A stretch of DNA of 64,000 bases from Bacteriovoracia bacterium (lineage in GTDB: Bacteria; Bdellovibrionota; UBA1018; JBFWNL01): positions 612,449 to 676,448 of the forward strand of contig JBFWNL010000001.1 in the NCBI GenBank assembly GCA_050251055.1, read 5' to 3'. Below, one piece after another: positions 53,597-62,225 of this stretch (its first letter is position 1; every line of letters begins with the position of its first letter). The notes under the pieces are model-generated. The model ran no database searches, was not told where the DNA came from, and saw nothing but the letters and a program-made list of their open reading frames with translations. The position numbers were made by a program, and so were the translations under genes.

Positions 53597-55681
53597 TCAC
53601 TGTCCCCCGACCGGTCGGAACTTGAAGGGATAATTCACCTGGACGACTCCGCCGCCCCGAGGAATCGGGAAATCGATGCGCTGAATGACCTTCAGGATAC
53701 AACGCTCGGTATTGGTGTTCTTCAGAGTGGTGGAAACAATACCCGCGCGAGTGACCCGGCCACGCGGCCCAATCACGAACGTCGTACCCACGCGACCAGC
53801 GAGATTGGGTTGGCCCGCGTTGATCTCGCGCTCATAACAAAGCCTAAACTCGTCTCGATGGGCCAATAGCGCCGCCTCGACGGCGTCGGCGTCGATCGCG
53901 CCCATGACCACGGTTTCTTCCGGACCCCCGGTATTCAGCACCACCCGCGCACGCCCACCCACGATATTCTCGCCGGTGCCGGCCGCGCCCAAACCCGTAC
54001 CGACGCGCCCGCCGCCCCGGCCCTTGTCGCTGAGCCCCCCGAGCGATTCGGCGTTACCGCCACCGCCCGAGCCAGTGCCCGAGAGTGCCAAGCCTCCGCT
54101 CCCTTGCGTATTGAACGCGCCAAAACCCGACAGTTTCCCACCCGATTTACCGAGCTGGCTTGCCGTATTGCCCAGCAAGCTTTGGATCTTCGCGCTCGCA
54201 CCCTTGAGCAAGTCGACGTTGCCCTCGTTTTCCTCAACCTGGCTGTTGCCGCCGCCCTTGCCCGCGCCCATCATCTGACCGCGGCGGCCCGCTACCGTTT
54301 GGTTCTCGGCGTGCTTCGGCCCGGTCTTCGTTCCACGCGTGCCCTCGGCGCCCTTCGCCCGCGCGCCCTCCCCTTCGCGACCCTGGGTCTGCGCGAGAGG
54401 ATTCTTGGCCTGATTTTGTGCCGATGCCTCGTTCTTGGGGTGAATCGCGACGCTCGCATCCATCTTGTCTGGCACACGCTTCGACGGATTTGCGCTCGGA
54501 TTAATATTGAGCGTGACCACGGGTGATGGTTTCGGCTTCACGTTCGTAGGCTTCGGTTGAAACACCGTTTGGTCGGTCGACGGATTTTGCGCCTGATGGC
54601 GGTAGAAGTAGGAGTATTTCTCCGGCTGATAGAGCACGGTCGCGATCCGCTCAGGCAGCTCCTCGACATCGAGGTGGTCTTTAATCGGCACGCTGACCAT
54701 GCCCACGATGGCCGCGGTGGTCATCAAAAAAGAGGTGAGCAGGACCTTCACGAAGAAAGCGTCGCGGTCAAGCAGGCGCCGCCGTTTGAGGTTCGGAGGC
54801 GCGGCGGTGTAGCTCAAGTAAAAATCCACCTCCCCGACGGACACCTTGGCGAACTCGCTCGCCCGCAGAAGGTAGGTCTTTTCTTTTAAGCCCGCGATCT
54901 CCTTGAGCTGCCCTTCGGATTGAATCACGCCCTGCATGCTTCCATCGAAATGCAAGGCGTAGCCCTGAGGACCCTTGGATACGAATGAGTAGGGGCTTGC
55001 CGGGAGCGCCCCCGGGATGGGGAAATCGCTCTGGGCGGATTCGCCGATCGTGACGAGCGGTTCGTCGACGAAGTGCTCGACGTCCATGATCATTCCTCGC
55101 CACGACATGATCACTTCCAACGCCCTCTGCGTGTTCGGCGCCGGCTCGAATATCTCCTCGACCTCGCGCTCGTCCTCCAAGATCAGCGACGAGAAATCTT
55201 CCTTAGGATCGAAGAAGAGCTTGCGACCTTCAAACTCCGCGCCCGGCTCCGTCTGGGAGGCATGCGCCGCATCTTCGATGAAGAACTTCACCTCGTGACC
55301 GCCGATCTTAATTCGATCGCCCTCTTTAAGGTTCGCGGAAATGACTTTTTTGCCGTTTAGGTAGAGACCTTCGTCACTCGCCAGATCGAAGATGTGACCG
55401 GCGCCCTTGTCGTATTCCCCAAGCTCGATCACGGCGTGAATCGGCGCCACTCCTTTACCAGCAAGCTTGAGATCGGCGGATTCGACGGAACCAATGACGA
55501 TGCGGCTCTTATGGAAACGAAAAGTCGACTCTTCCTTGCTCTTATGCGGATCGCCCAGGGTAACGAGGGTCACGACCTTCTTCGGCAGCTCAATCAAGGG
55601 CGCCGCCGTGGCGCCTTCACTGACCTCATCCACGGCGTCGGTGGGGCGCGGGGGAAGCGGGTTGTTTTTCTTCTTGTCCAT
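53597..55681 (-). CDS. FHA-domain inner-membrane protein with a TonB C-terminal-like (AgmX/PglI-like) domain; candidate GltG/PglI analog.
   Basis: The N-terminal FHA region reads ...FRFHKSRIVIGSVESADLKLAGKGVAPIHAVIEL...LYLNGKKV. There is one TM segment and a Gly/Pro-rich linker. The C-terminus AGRVGTTFVIGPRGRVTRAGIVSTTLKNTNTERCILKVIQRIDFPIPRGGGVVQVNYPFKF has the TonB_C pattern. Confidence 0.7.
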   Translation of the reverse strand: MDKKKNNPLPPRPTDAVDEVSEGATAAPLIELPKKVVTLVTLGDPHKSKEESTFRFHKSRIVIGSVESADLKLAGKGVAPIHAVIELGEYDKGAGHIFDLASDEGLYLNGKKVISANLKEGDRIKIGGHEVKFFIEDAAHASQTEPGAEFEGRKLFFDPKEDFSSLILEDEREVEEIFEPAPNTQRALEVIMSWRGMIMDVEHFVDEPLVTIGESAQSDFPIPGALPASPYSFVSKGPQGYALHFDGSMQGVIQSEGQLKEIAGLKEKTYLLRASEFAKVSVGEVDFYLSYTAAPPNLKRRRLLDRDAFFVKVLLTSFLMTTAAIVGMVSVPIKDHLDVEELPERIATVLYQPEKYSYFYRHQAQNPSTDQTVFQPKPTNVKPKPSPVVTLNINPSANPSKRVPDKMDASVAIHPKNEASAQNQAKNPLAQTQGREGEGARAKGAEGTRGTKTGPKHAENQTVAGRRGQMMGAGKGGGNSQVEENEGNVDLLKGASAKIQSLLGNTASQLGKSGGKLSGFGAFNTQGSGGLALSGTGSGGGGNAESLGGLSDKGRGGGRVGTGLGAAGTGENIVGGRARVVLNTGGPEETVVMGAIDADAVEAALLAHRDEFRLCYEREINAGQPNLAGRVGTTFVIGPRGRVTRAGIVSTTLKNTNTERCILKVIQRIDFPIPRGGGVVQVNYPFKFRPVGGQ

Positions 55682-55708
55682 CGTACAGTCCTTTGGGCGG
55701 CGGCCCCT

Positions 55709-56011
55709 TTATTTACTCAAAACCACGTCGCGCAACATCTCGCGATGAAAGTTCTTACGGCGTTTGACCAAGGAATCGAACTTCTCCTGCGGACGGTGCT
55801 GGAAGTAAAATTCGCCGGGGTCGTCGAGCTGGCCCTCGATCTGCAGGCCCTCGAAATCCAGCTTCGTTTGCTCCTTGAAGATCACCTTGGGAGGCGGCGG
55901 GGCCTTTTTCATCGATGCCTTGGGAGCGCCGTGAGCGACGTTCGCTTGCGCCGCCCCCCAGACCACGCCCACGATCACCACCATCTTCACGACCATCATC
56001 ATTGCTTCCAT
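55709..56011 (-). CDS. Small secreted/periplasmic hypothetical protein.
   Basis: Hydrophobic N-terminus MEAMMMVVKMVVIVGVVWGAAQA. Wedged between the TPR and FHA genes. The start is uncertain. Confidence 0.35.
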   Translation of the reverse strand: MEAMMMVVKMVVIVGVVWGAAQANVAHGAPKASMKKAPPPPKVIFKEQTKLDFEGLQIEGQLDDPGEFYFQHRPQEKFDSLVKRRKNFHREMLRDVVLSK

Positions 56012-59000
56012 GCTTTGCAGCTCCCCTCCAGGTGCATGACCGCGCTTTTCTCGAAGCCGCCGGCATCTCCGTCCAGGCGCTTTAACGCCGACAAACATTC
56101 CCCGGCGTACTCGGCAACCTGCTCCGGATTCTTACTCACCGCCGCGCGCTCGGCTTGCGCCGCCGCCTCATGATAAGCTTGCGCAAACCGCCCTTTCTCC
56201 GCGCCCGCGTCGCGCGCCTTGCCTAAATAGGCCTGCGCGGTCTCGACGTCTCCCGTTCCGAAATGAACGGTCGCCAATCCATCGTAAATCCAAGGCGCAT
56301 CCGCGCCACGCCCCTTCGTCTTGGCGTGGATCTGCTGCCAAAGCGGTTTCGCTTTTCGAAATAGACGGTAGTAGTTCATCAAGCTCGCAAGATTGAGCTT
56401 AGCGGCGTCATGATAGTGGTCACCCTTCAACGCCTGCTTGAAAAGGTAGCTCGCCCGGGCCGCGCGTAGCCAGTCTTCGGGGCCTTCGCCGCCCAGAAGC
56501 ACCACGCCCTGATTGTTGAACGCGGCGACATTGCGGGGCTCCAGCTCTAAAGCGCGCGCATAAGCTACGTCGGCCAACAGCGGTTTGCCCGAGCCCATCA
56601 ACACGTTGCCGTATTCAATCCAAGCCGCGGCGTCCTTCGGATTGTGCATCAACTTCTTGCGCACGCCCTCGGCGCTATCGCCAGCGGCACCCGCCAAGCG
56701 GTAACGTCCCCGGGCGCCCTGCGCGCGATGTGGGGGACGGACTCCCAAGTCGGCCAGCTCATCCACGGTCTCGGGCACCGCGGGGCTGTAGATCTCCGCC
56801 TCCACGGCCTTCTGGTAAGCCTGTGACCAGGTCTCGGCGGCTTTCTTGCGTAGCGGGTTACTCACATCAAAGAGCGACTTGCGAAACTTTTCGATCGCCT
56901 TGGGCTGAGAGCCATCGGGAGGCTGGATACGATCCACCTCGGACGCGAACGTGTTCGTCCACTTCGCGAGCCGATAGAGCGAAGCAATTGCCCAAGGCCC
57001 GCCCACGTCGAGCGCGGCGAGGTAAGCCTTACTCAAACGCTCGAAAAACGAAAGCCGCTCGGTAAGGGCTTTCTGCAGGGCCGTCTCCGGTAGCACCAAC
57101 GGGCTGAACTTGGTTTCTTCTTCAAGGATCTCCGCGATCCGGTAGCGGGCGTAACCGATAAAAGGAGAACGCCCCTCGCCCGCCCGCCCCGGCAGGGTCG
57201 AAACGCCTTGAAAGGAGGCGATCGCCCGCCGCGGATCCTTTAGGCGTGCCTGTAGGTCGCCCATGCGGGAGCCGCACTCGGCCCGAAACTCCACCGGCAC
57301 CACTTTGCCCTGGGCGCAACTCGCGTAAGCGCGTTCGGCCTCGCTTTCCTTGCCTTGGCGCTCAAAGGCGCGCCCCATCTGCAAAAGGGTGGCCCACCGG
57401 TCGGTGCCGTTCTTATATATTTTCAAGGCGTCGTCGCGTGCGGCCTGGGCCTTGGAAACTTCTTCGGTGCCCTCATAAATCCGCACCGCGGTCTCGAGCG
57501 ACGCGGCGTCCGTGCCCTGCCGACCTAGGCGTCGAAACAACGCCGCCGAAGGGCTAAAATAGCCTTGGATCAGCAGCGACGTTGCCGTGCCCTTGGCCTC
57601 GGCGTATGCCGCGCGGCTGTTCGGATACTTATCCAGCCATTGATTCGCCAGTCGATCCATCGCGTCCCAGTCGCCGGACTTGGCGAAGGAACCCAAGGCG
57701 TTCGTGTAGGCTTTCTCCGAAAGGTCCGTGGATCCGGCGTTAGCCGCAAAAGTTTCGTAGGCCTTGCCAGCCGAGGCAAAGTCTTTTTCCTTTTCGTAGA
57801 CGGCGATCTCGCCCACCCGGAGGCGGTGTTCGAGGTCGTCGATCTGTTTCTTCAGATGCCCGGAGTTTTCGCGCGCGTCGTAATCCATCAGGGCGCGGTT
57901 GCCCCGGATCTCTTGGTTCACTTCCGCCAGCTCGTGGGCCGCCGCGACGTAGCGTTTGGTTTCAGCCTGTTTGGGATCGGGCAGGCGATCCGCCGCGACC
58001 TGCAGCCAAAGCTTGGCGGCCACGATCGCTTGCTTGGTAGACGGCGCATCTTTGACGATTTTGCGGGCGCGGCTTACCGCCGAATCCTGCGTATCTTTAT
58101 AGTCAGCCAGAAACTGCGCCGACTGCAGAGCCGCCGCGCGCGCTTCCGGAGAGCCCGGCAGGATATCCTGCAGCTCATCGGAAGCCTCTACGAAGGTTTT
58201 CTCCAGTTCCGTCGGCTTCTCCGATCGCGCGCTCTTCGATTTTGGATTCGCTTTCGCGTATTTCTGAATAGCGTCGGAGAGCGTGCCCACCCAGAGCGCG
58301 GCCGCCTCCTTGGTATAACGCGGATCCTTCGACTTCACGACCTCGTGGTAGTAACCGGTCGATTGCTCGGGCTTACCCAGCTCGCGCTTCACCTCGGCAA
58401 CGTACATTTGAACTTCCGGCGTCTCGCGTCTCGGATCATCGCGCTTGAGAAAGTAGCCCAGATAAGCCTCGTAGTAAGCTTCGGCGATCTTCAATGAATC
58501 GCGGTCCGCCTTCTTCCGAAACTCCTCATGGTGCTCCGTCGCCGTCCGACGTACCATCGCCCGCAAATTCTGAAGGGCGGCGGAGGTGTCGTCGTCGCCT
58601 AGGCTGGGGATGTCGAGCTTACGGATCCGCTCGAGCGCGGGATTATAGCGTTTGCGGCGCAGATCCAAGTCCACGAGCTTCACGCTAACGCGAAAATGGG
58701 TGGCGGAATTGGGGTTCGTGCGCAGGAGGGATTCGTAAACGATCGCGGCCTTATCCGGTTGCACGCGCCGCTCGAACTCCCGCCCTAAGCGCTCGAGCGT
58801 CTTGGGAAAGTAGGATTTGTCCCCCGCGACCTTTTGAAAGTAGGCGATCGCCTCCTCAACCTGGCCTTGCTCGGTCATGAAGATGGCCATGTCGCGCAGG
58901 GCTTCTTCGCGGATGCTCAAGAACTTCTCTTCCGACGTCGAAGCTTGCGCCACGGCACGCTTCATCGTCTCCACCGCGCGGGAATACTGTTTCGTACGGT

Positions 59001-59697
59001 AATACGCCCAAGCCAAACGGTGATAAATCCCCGGCAAGAGATCGTTGGGTCGGGCGCGCAGGGCGAGCTCGAAGTAAGCCTGCGCCTTCGGCAACTCGTT
59101 TTGACGAAACGCCTCGTTACCCAGATACCGGTAGGCCTCCACCACGAACGGGCTGCGCGGGAATTTATCGGTCAAAAGCTGCGCGTAGAGCAGGCTGCGC
59201 TTGCGGTCGCCCAGTTCATCGTAGTTGAAGGTCAGAAAATAATAGACGCGGTCCATCTTCTCAAACGGGATATTGAACGCGAGGATCTCTTTACAGGCCT
59301 GGATCCCGGCGGCCAAGAATTTACGCGAATGCGTCCGGTCGATCAGCTTGTCGGGCGTGCCATTCTCGAGCCGGCGCTCGTGCACGCGCCCCTCCAGCAA
59401 GAATGCGGCCCGGTAAGCCTCGAGGTAAATCTCCGCCAAACGGAAATATAGGTCGGCCATGCGGTTTGTCGGCAGGCGGCGGCCCAAGGCGATTCGAATC
59501 GTCTTGATTTCCTGATCATGAATGCTGCGAATCTGCGATTCGCGGCTGGTCTGCACGGCGCGCAGCTCTTCATCGGTATAAGCCGCTTCGGCGGACCAGC
59601 TCGTGGCCGCCAGAAAGAAGAAAATCCCTAGCGCTAACGCGACGGCCGCGAGGCTACGAAGCGCCAGACTGGCATTCTGATTCGAGTCCAAAGACAT
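55999..59697 (-). CDS. Large periplasmic TPR-repeat protein (1232 aa); candidate GltI/GltD-like scaffold.
   Basis: Signal peptide ...LGIFFFLAATSWSAEA. Extensive Y/A/L TPR periodicity. Confidence 0.7.
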   Translation of the reverse strand: MSLDSNQNASLALRSLAAVALALGIFFFLAATSWSAEAAYTDEELRAVQTSRESQIRSIHDQEIKTIRIALGRRLPTNRMADLYFRLAEIYLEAYRAAFLLEGRVHERRLENGTPDKLIDRTHSRKFLAAGIQACKEILAFNIPFEKMDRVYYFLTFNYDELGDRKRSLLYAQLLTDKFPRSPFVVEAYRYLGNEAFRQNELPKAQAYFELALRARPNDLLPGIYHRLAWAYYRTKQYSRAVETMKRAVAQASTSEEKFLSIREEALRDMAIFMTEQGQVEEAIAYFQKVAGDKSYFPKTLERLGREFERRVQPDKAAIVYESLLRTNPNSATHFRVSVKLVDLDLRRKRYNPALERIRKLDIPSLGDDDTSAALQNLRAMVRRTATEHHEEFRKKADRDSLKIAEAYYEAYLGYFLKRDDPRRETPEVQMYVAEVKRELGKPEQSTGYYHEVVKSKDPRYTKEAAALWVGTLSDAIQKYAKANPKSKSARSEKPTELEKTFVEASDELQDILPGSPEARAAALQSAQFLADYKDTQDSAVSRARKIVKDAPSTKQAIVAAKLWLQVAADRLPDPKQAETKRYVAAAHELAEVNQEIRGNRALMDYDARENSGHLKKQIDDLEHRLRVGEIAVYEKEKDFASAGKAYETFAANAGSTDLSEKAYTNALGSFAKSGDWDAMDRLANQWLDKYPNSRAAYAEAKGTATSLLIQGYFSPSAALFRRLGRQGTDAASLETAVRIYEGTEEVSKAQAARDDALKIYKNGTDRWATLLQMGRAFERQGKESEAERAYASCAQGKVVPVEFRAECGSRMGDLQARLKDPRRAIASFQGVSTLPGRAGEGRSPFIGYARYRIAEILEEETKFSPLVLPETALQKALTERLSFFERLSKAYLAALDVGGPWAIASLYRLAKWTNTFASEVDRIQPPDGSQPKAIEKFRKSLFDVSNPLRKKAAETWSQAYQKAVEAEIYSPAVPETVDELADLGVRPPHRAQGARGRYRLAGAAGDSAEGVRKKLMHNPKDAAAWIEYGNVLMGSGKPLLADVAYARALELEPRNVAAFNNQGVVLLGGEGPEDWLRAARASYLFKQALKGDHYHDAAKLNLASLMNYYRLFRKAKPLWQQIHAKTKGRGADAPWIYDGLATVHFGTGDVETAQAYLGKARDAGAEKGRFAQAYHEAAAQAERAAVSKNPEQVAEYAGECLSALKRLDGDAGGFEKSAVMHLEGSCKAWKQ

Positions 59698-61237
59698 AGT
59701 CCCCTATCTCATCGTTCCAAAACTCACCATTGAACGTCCAAAAGTACTGGTCGTCGCGCCGAGATGGCTCGACGTTCCCGCGCGAGCGCTCCTCGCTGGC
59801 CGACTTTCCGTAGATCAGCTTCTCCTTCGTACGGCTGAGCATCTCCACCTTAATGAAAGACATCTTTTCGAAGTCCGACAGTAGAATGGAGTAGTAATCC
59901 AGCAGGCTGTTCTTCACGAACGCCCCGCCGAGCTGCCGCAGCACGTTCCGCTTCCAACCCAAGACCTGGCGCAAGAATCCAGGAAAGCCCTGGTTTTTTT
60001 CGTGCGACACCCCCGGCTGCAGCTGGTCGAACTGCGTAATCGCGTTCAGCTCGCCGTTGAGGCTGTTCTCGGCCACGACCAGGCTCTGGAAATAAGGGCC
60101 GCGGATGAAGCGGTTGATCAGCCGGTAAAACTGATTCTGGGTGGTCCACGGTGTTTGCAGGGCCTGCCGACCTTCGCGGTGGAAAACATAGAGATTGGTG
60201 CTGTTCGCTTCGATGAAGCGCTTGAGATCCTCGCCGAGCTTCGCATATTTGGCATTGAACTCGTCGATGACCTTGTTCGTGTCAGCGTAGAGGCAAAGCG
60301 CGAGATAGGTCTGCGCCCGCAGCACGTCCACCTCGGTGTTGAACACGAAGCTTAGCCCCGGGCTCTTATAAGAAACGAGCTTACCCAGCGTGCGGTTGTA
60401 TTCCTTGCGTGCGAACGAGTTCCAAGCTTGCTCGAATAGAATATCGGTCCAAACGAAGGTTTTCTTGGCGATCTGGTCGTACTCGTAATCAGCCTGCGAG
60501 AAATCCTCCATCTGGTACAGGGTGCGCGCCACGCCCGCTTGGCAGCGCGCCTCAAGGTCCTCCGCCAGCTGGCGGCGTTGCCGGCGCCAAGCGCTCGTGA
60601 CGCCTTTACGCGTTTGCGCGGTATCGCCTATCTGCTCGGCCCGATTCACGCACTCGCGAAAGTCCGCTAACGCCGCCTGATTCTGCCCGTTGATCGCCCG
60701 CGCGGAAGCGCGCATCTGGAGGGCAAACGGCCAGAGCGGGCTCGCCGTCGAAACGCCGCTCAGGTACTCGATGGCCTTGCGCTCGTCGCCGCGCAGGAGC
60801 GCGGTTTTGCCCAGCGACATAAGATATGCGCTTCGGTTAACGGCGTCGTAATCATCGTTCGAGGTATATTCGACCAGGTACTTGCGGAAGAGATCCGGCC
60901 CGGACTGCACCAGGAATTCTTGGGTGCGGGGCAAGACCTTGCGGATCGCTTCCTTGTCCTTCGTCTGCAGGGTGCGGATGAAGAAATAGGCCGCCGAGTG
61001 GTCTAGTCCCGCCGACGCGAGCGACTGGGTGATCAACGCGTAGATTTCCGGCTTGCGCGCCTCGCCGTCATCCAGCGCCGAGAACGCGTAGCGGGCGGCC
61101 TTGAAATACTGGCCCGCTTGCTGAAGCGCGCGCGCCTGTTTCAGCGCTTCCTCGGCTTCCGCCGGCCCAGCCAACCCCGTCTGCGGCCACGCCGCCAGGA
61201 GCACGACCAAGAGCCCGGGAAAAAACCCAAACCTCAT
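59654..61237 (-). CDS. TPR-like periplasmic protein (527 aa).
   Basis: Signal peptide MRFGFFPGLLVVLLAAWPQTGLAG. TPR-like helical repeats. Its stop overlaps the downstream TPR gene start. Confidence 0.6.
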   Translation of the reverse strand: MRFGFFPGLLVVLLAAWPQTGLAGPAEAEEALKQARALQQAGQYFKAARYAFSALDDGEARKPEIYALITQSLASAGLDHSAAYFFIRTLQTKDKEAIRKVLPRTQEFLVQSGPDLFRKYLVEYTSNDDYDAVNRSAYLMSLGKTALLRGDERKAIEYLSGVSTASPLWPFALQMRASARAINGQNQAALADFRECVNRAEQIGDTAQTRKGVTSAWRRQRRQLAEDLEARCQAGVARTLYQMEDFSQADYEYDQIAKKTFVWTDILFEQAWNSFARKEYNRTLGKLVSYKSPGLSFVFNTEVDVLRAQTYLALCLYADTNKVIDEFNAKYAKLGEDLKRFIEANSTNLYVFHREGRQALQTPWTTQNQFYRLINRFIRGPYFQSLVVAENSLNGELNAITQFDQLQPGVSHEKNQGFPGFLRQVLGWKRNVLRQLGGAFVKNSLLDYYSILLSDFEKMSFIKVEMLSRTKEKLIYGKSASEERSRGNVEPSRRDDQYFWTFNGEFWNDEIGDYVFGLESECQSGAS

Positions 61238-62064
61238 AGCTTCACCCCGATGCCGAAATTGAAGTTGTAGTTGCTAAAGAGGCTGCTGTTGCCCGCGTTG
61301 CCGAAAAGCGGCGCGGTATAGAGCGCGCCCATGAAATCCAAGCGGACGATCCACTTCTGGTTCAGGTGATACTGGTGACCAGTACCCACCATGAAGGCGA
61401 ACAGACTTTGCTGGATGAAATTCGACGGGGCCCCCACCAGAGTGTTGGTGTCGAGGTAAGAGTTCAGCGAACCCAGGCCGGCCGAAAAATACCAATCGAA
61501 GTACAGAACGGTGTTGAAGACGTTGATCTTCGCGTACCACGGGGACCAGTGGGCGAGCAGCCCGTACTGGGAGCGAATCTCACGGATCACCGGTAATGCG
61601 CTGGTGGTGGAAGTGTTCCGGGAGAGCGCGTTGTACGTGTTGTTCTGCACGTTCGAGGTAAAGGTTCCGAAAACCTCGATACCGAGCGATTCAGAAAGAT
61701 AATACGCCACGCGCGGCTCGAGGTTGTAGGTATTGCGGTAAGGATTGGAGGTGCCGATCCCCGTCATGAGCGTGAAGAGCGCGTGATTCGCCTTGCGAAA
61801 CTTGCGATTCTGCAGCACGTAAATCCGCTTGTCGGGATCGAGCCAGCTGAAATCGTAAGTGTCGTCGTCGTCCTTGTCCCGGGCCGCGGCGGGTTCGCGC
61901 TCGCTTGAGGCCTGCGACGTCGTGAGCGCCGAAGGCTCGTAAGCGTCGTAGACTTCGACCTGGGGTACGGGAGGAGCGCCGTCGATCGGCGCGTCAGCGG
62001 CGAACGCCGGTGTCATTCCAGCAAATAAACAAACAACTGCGATGCGGGTACGGAAACGTCCCAT
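61234..62064 (-). CDS. Outer-membrane beta-barrel protein (GltA/GltB-like).
   Basis: Signal peptide ...GMTPAFAADA. Gly/Tyr/Asn/Phe-rich amphipathic strands. It is a paralog of the partial gene at 1..636. Confidence 0.6.
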   Translation of the reverse strand: MGRFRTRIAVVCLFAGMTPAFAADAPIDGAPPVPQVEVYDAYEPSALTTSQASSEREPAAARDKDDDDTYDFSWLDPDKRIYVLQNRKFRKANHALFTLMTGIGTSNPYRNTYNLEPRVAYYLSESLGIEVFGTFTSNVQNNTYNALSRNTSTTSALPVIREIRSQYGLLAHWSPWYAKINVFNTVLYFDWYFSAGLGSLNSYLDTNTLVGAPSNFIQQSLFAFMVGTGHQYHLNQKWIVRLDFMGALYTAPLFGNAGNSSLFSNYNFNFGIGVKL

Positions 62065-62225
62065 TTCATCACCCTCCTTGGAGATGACAACGTCGATGCA
62101 ATACGTGCAATGCTTGCCGTTCTAAATGCTGTGGCTTTTCACTACCTTAAGTACCAAGTTTAACTGCCGGTCCGCCAAAAGCAAAGCTTTTGCGCCAATC
62201 GTCAGCCTGATCGAAAATAACGGCT

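Noticed and set aside
57565-58497. 310-aa plus-strand ORF inside the 1232-aa TPR gene.
   Set aside because: Same antisense artefact, with Arg-rich low-complexity sequence.
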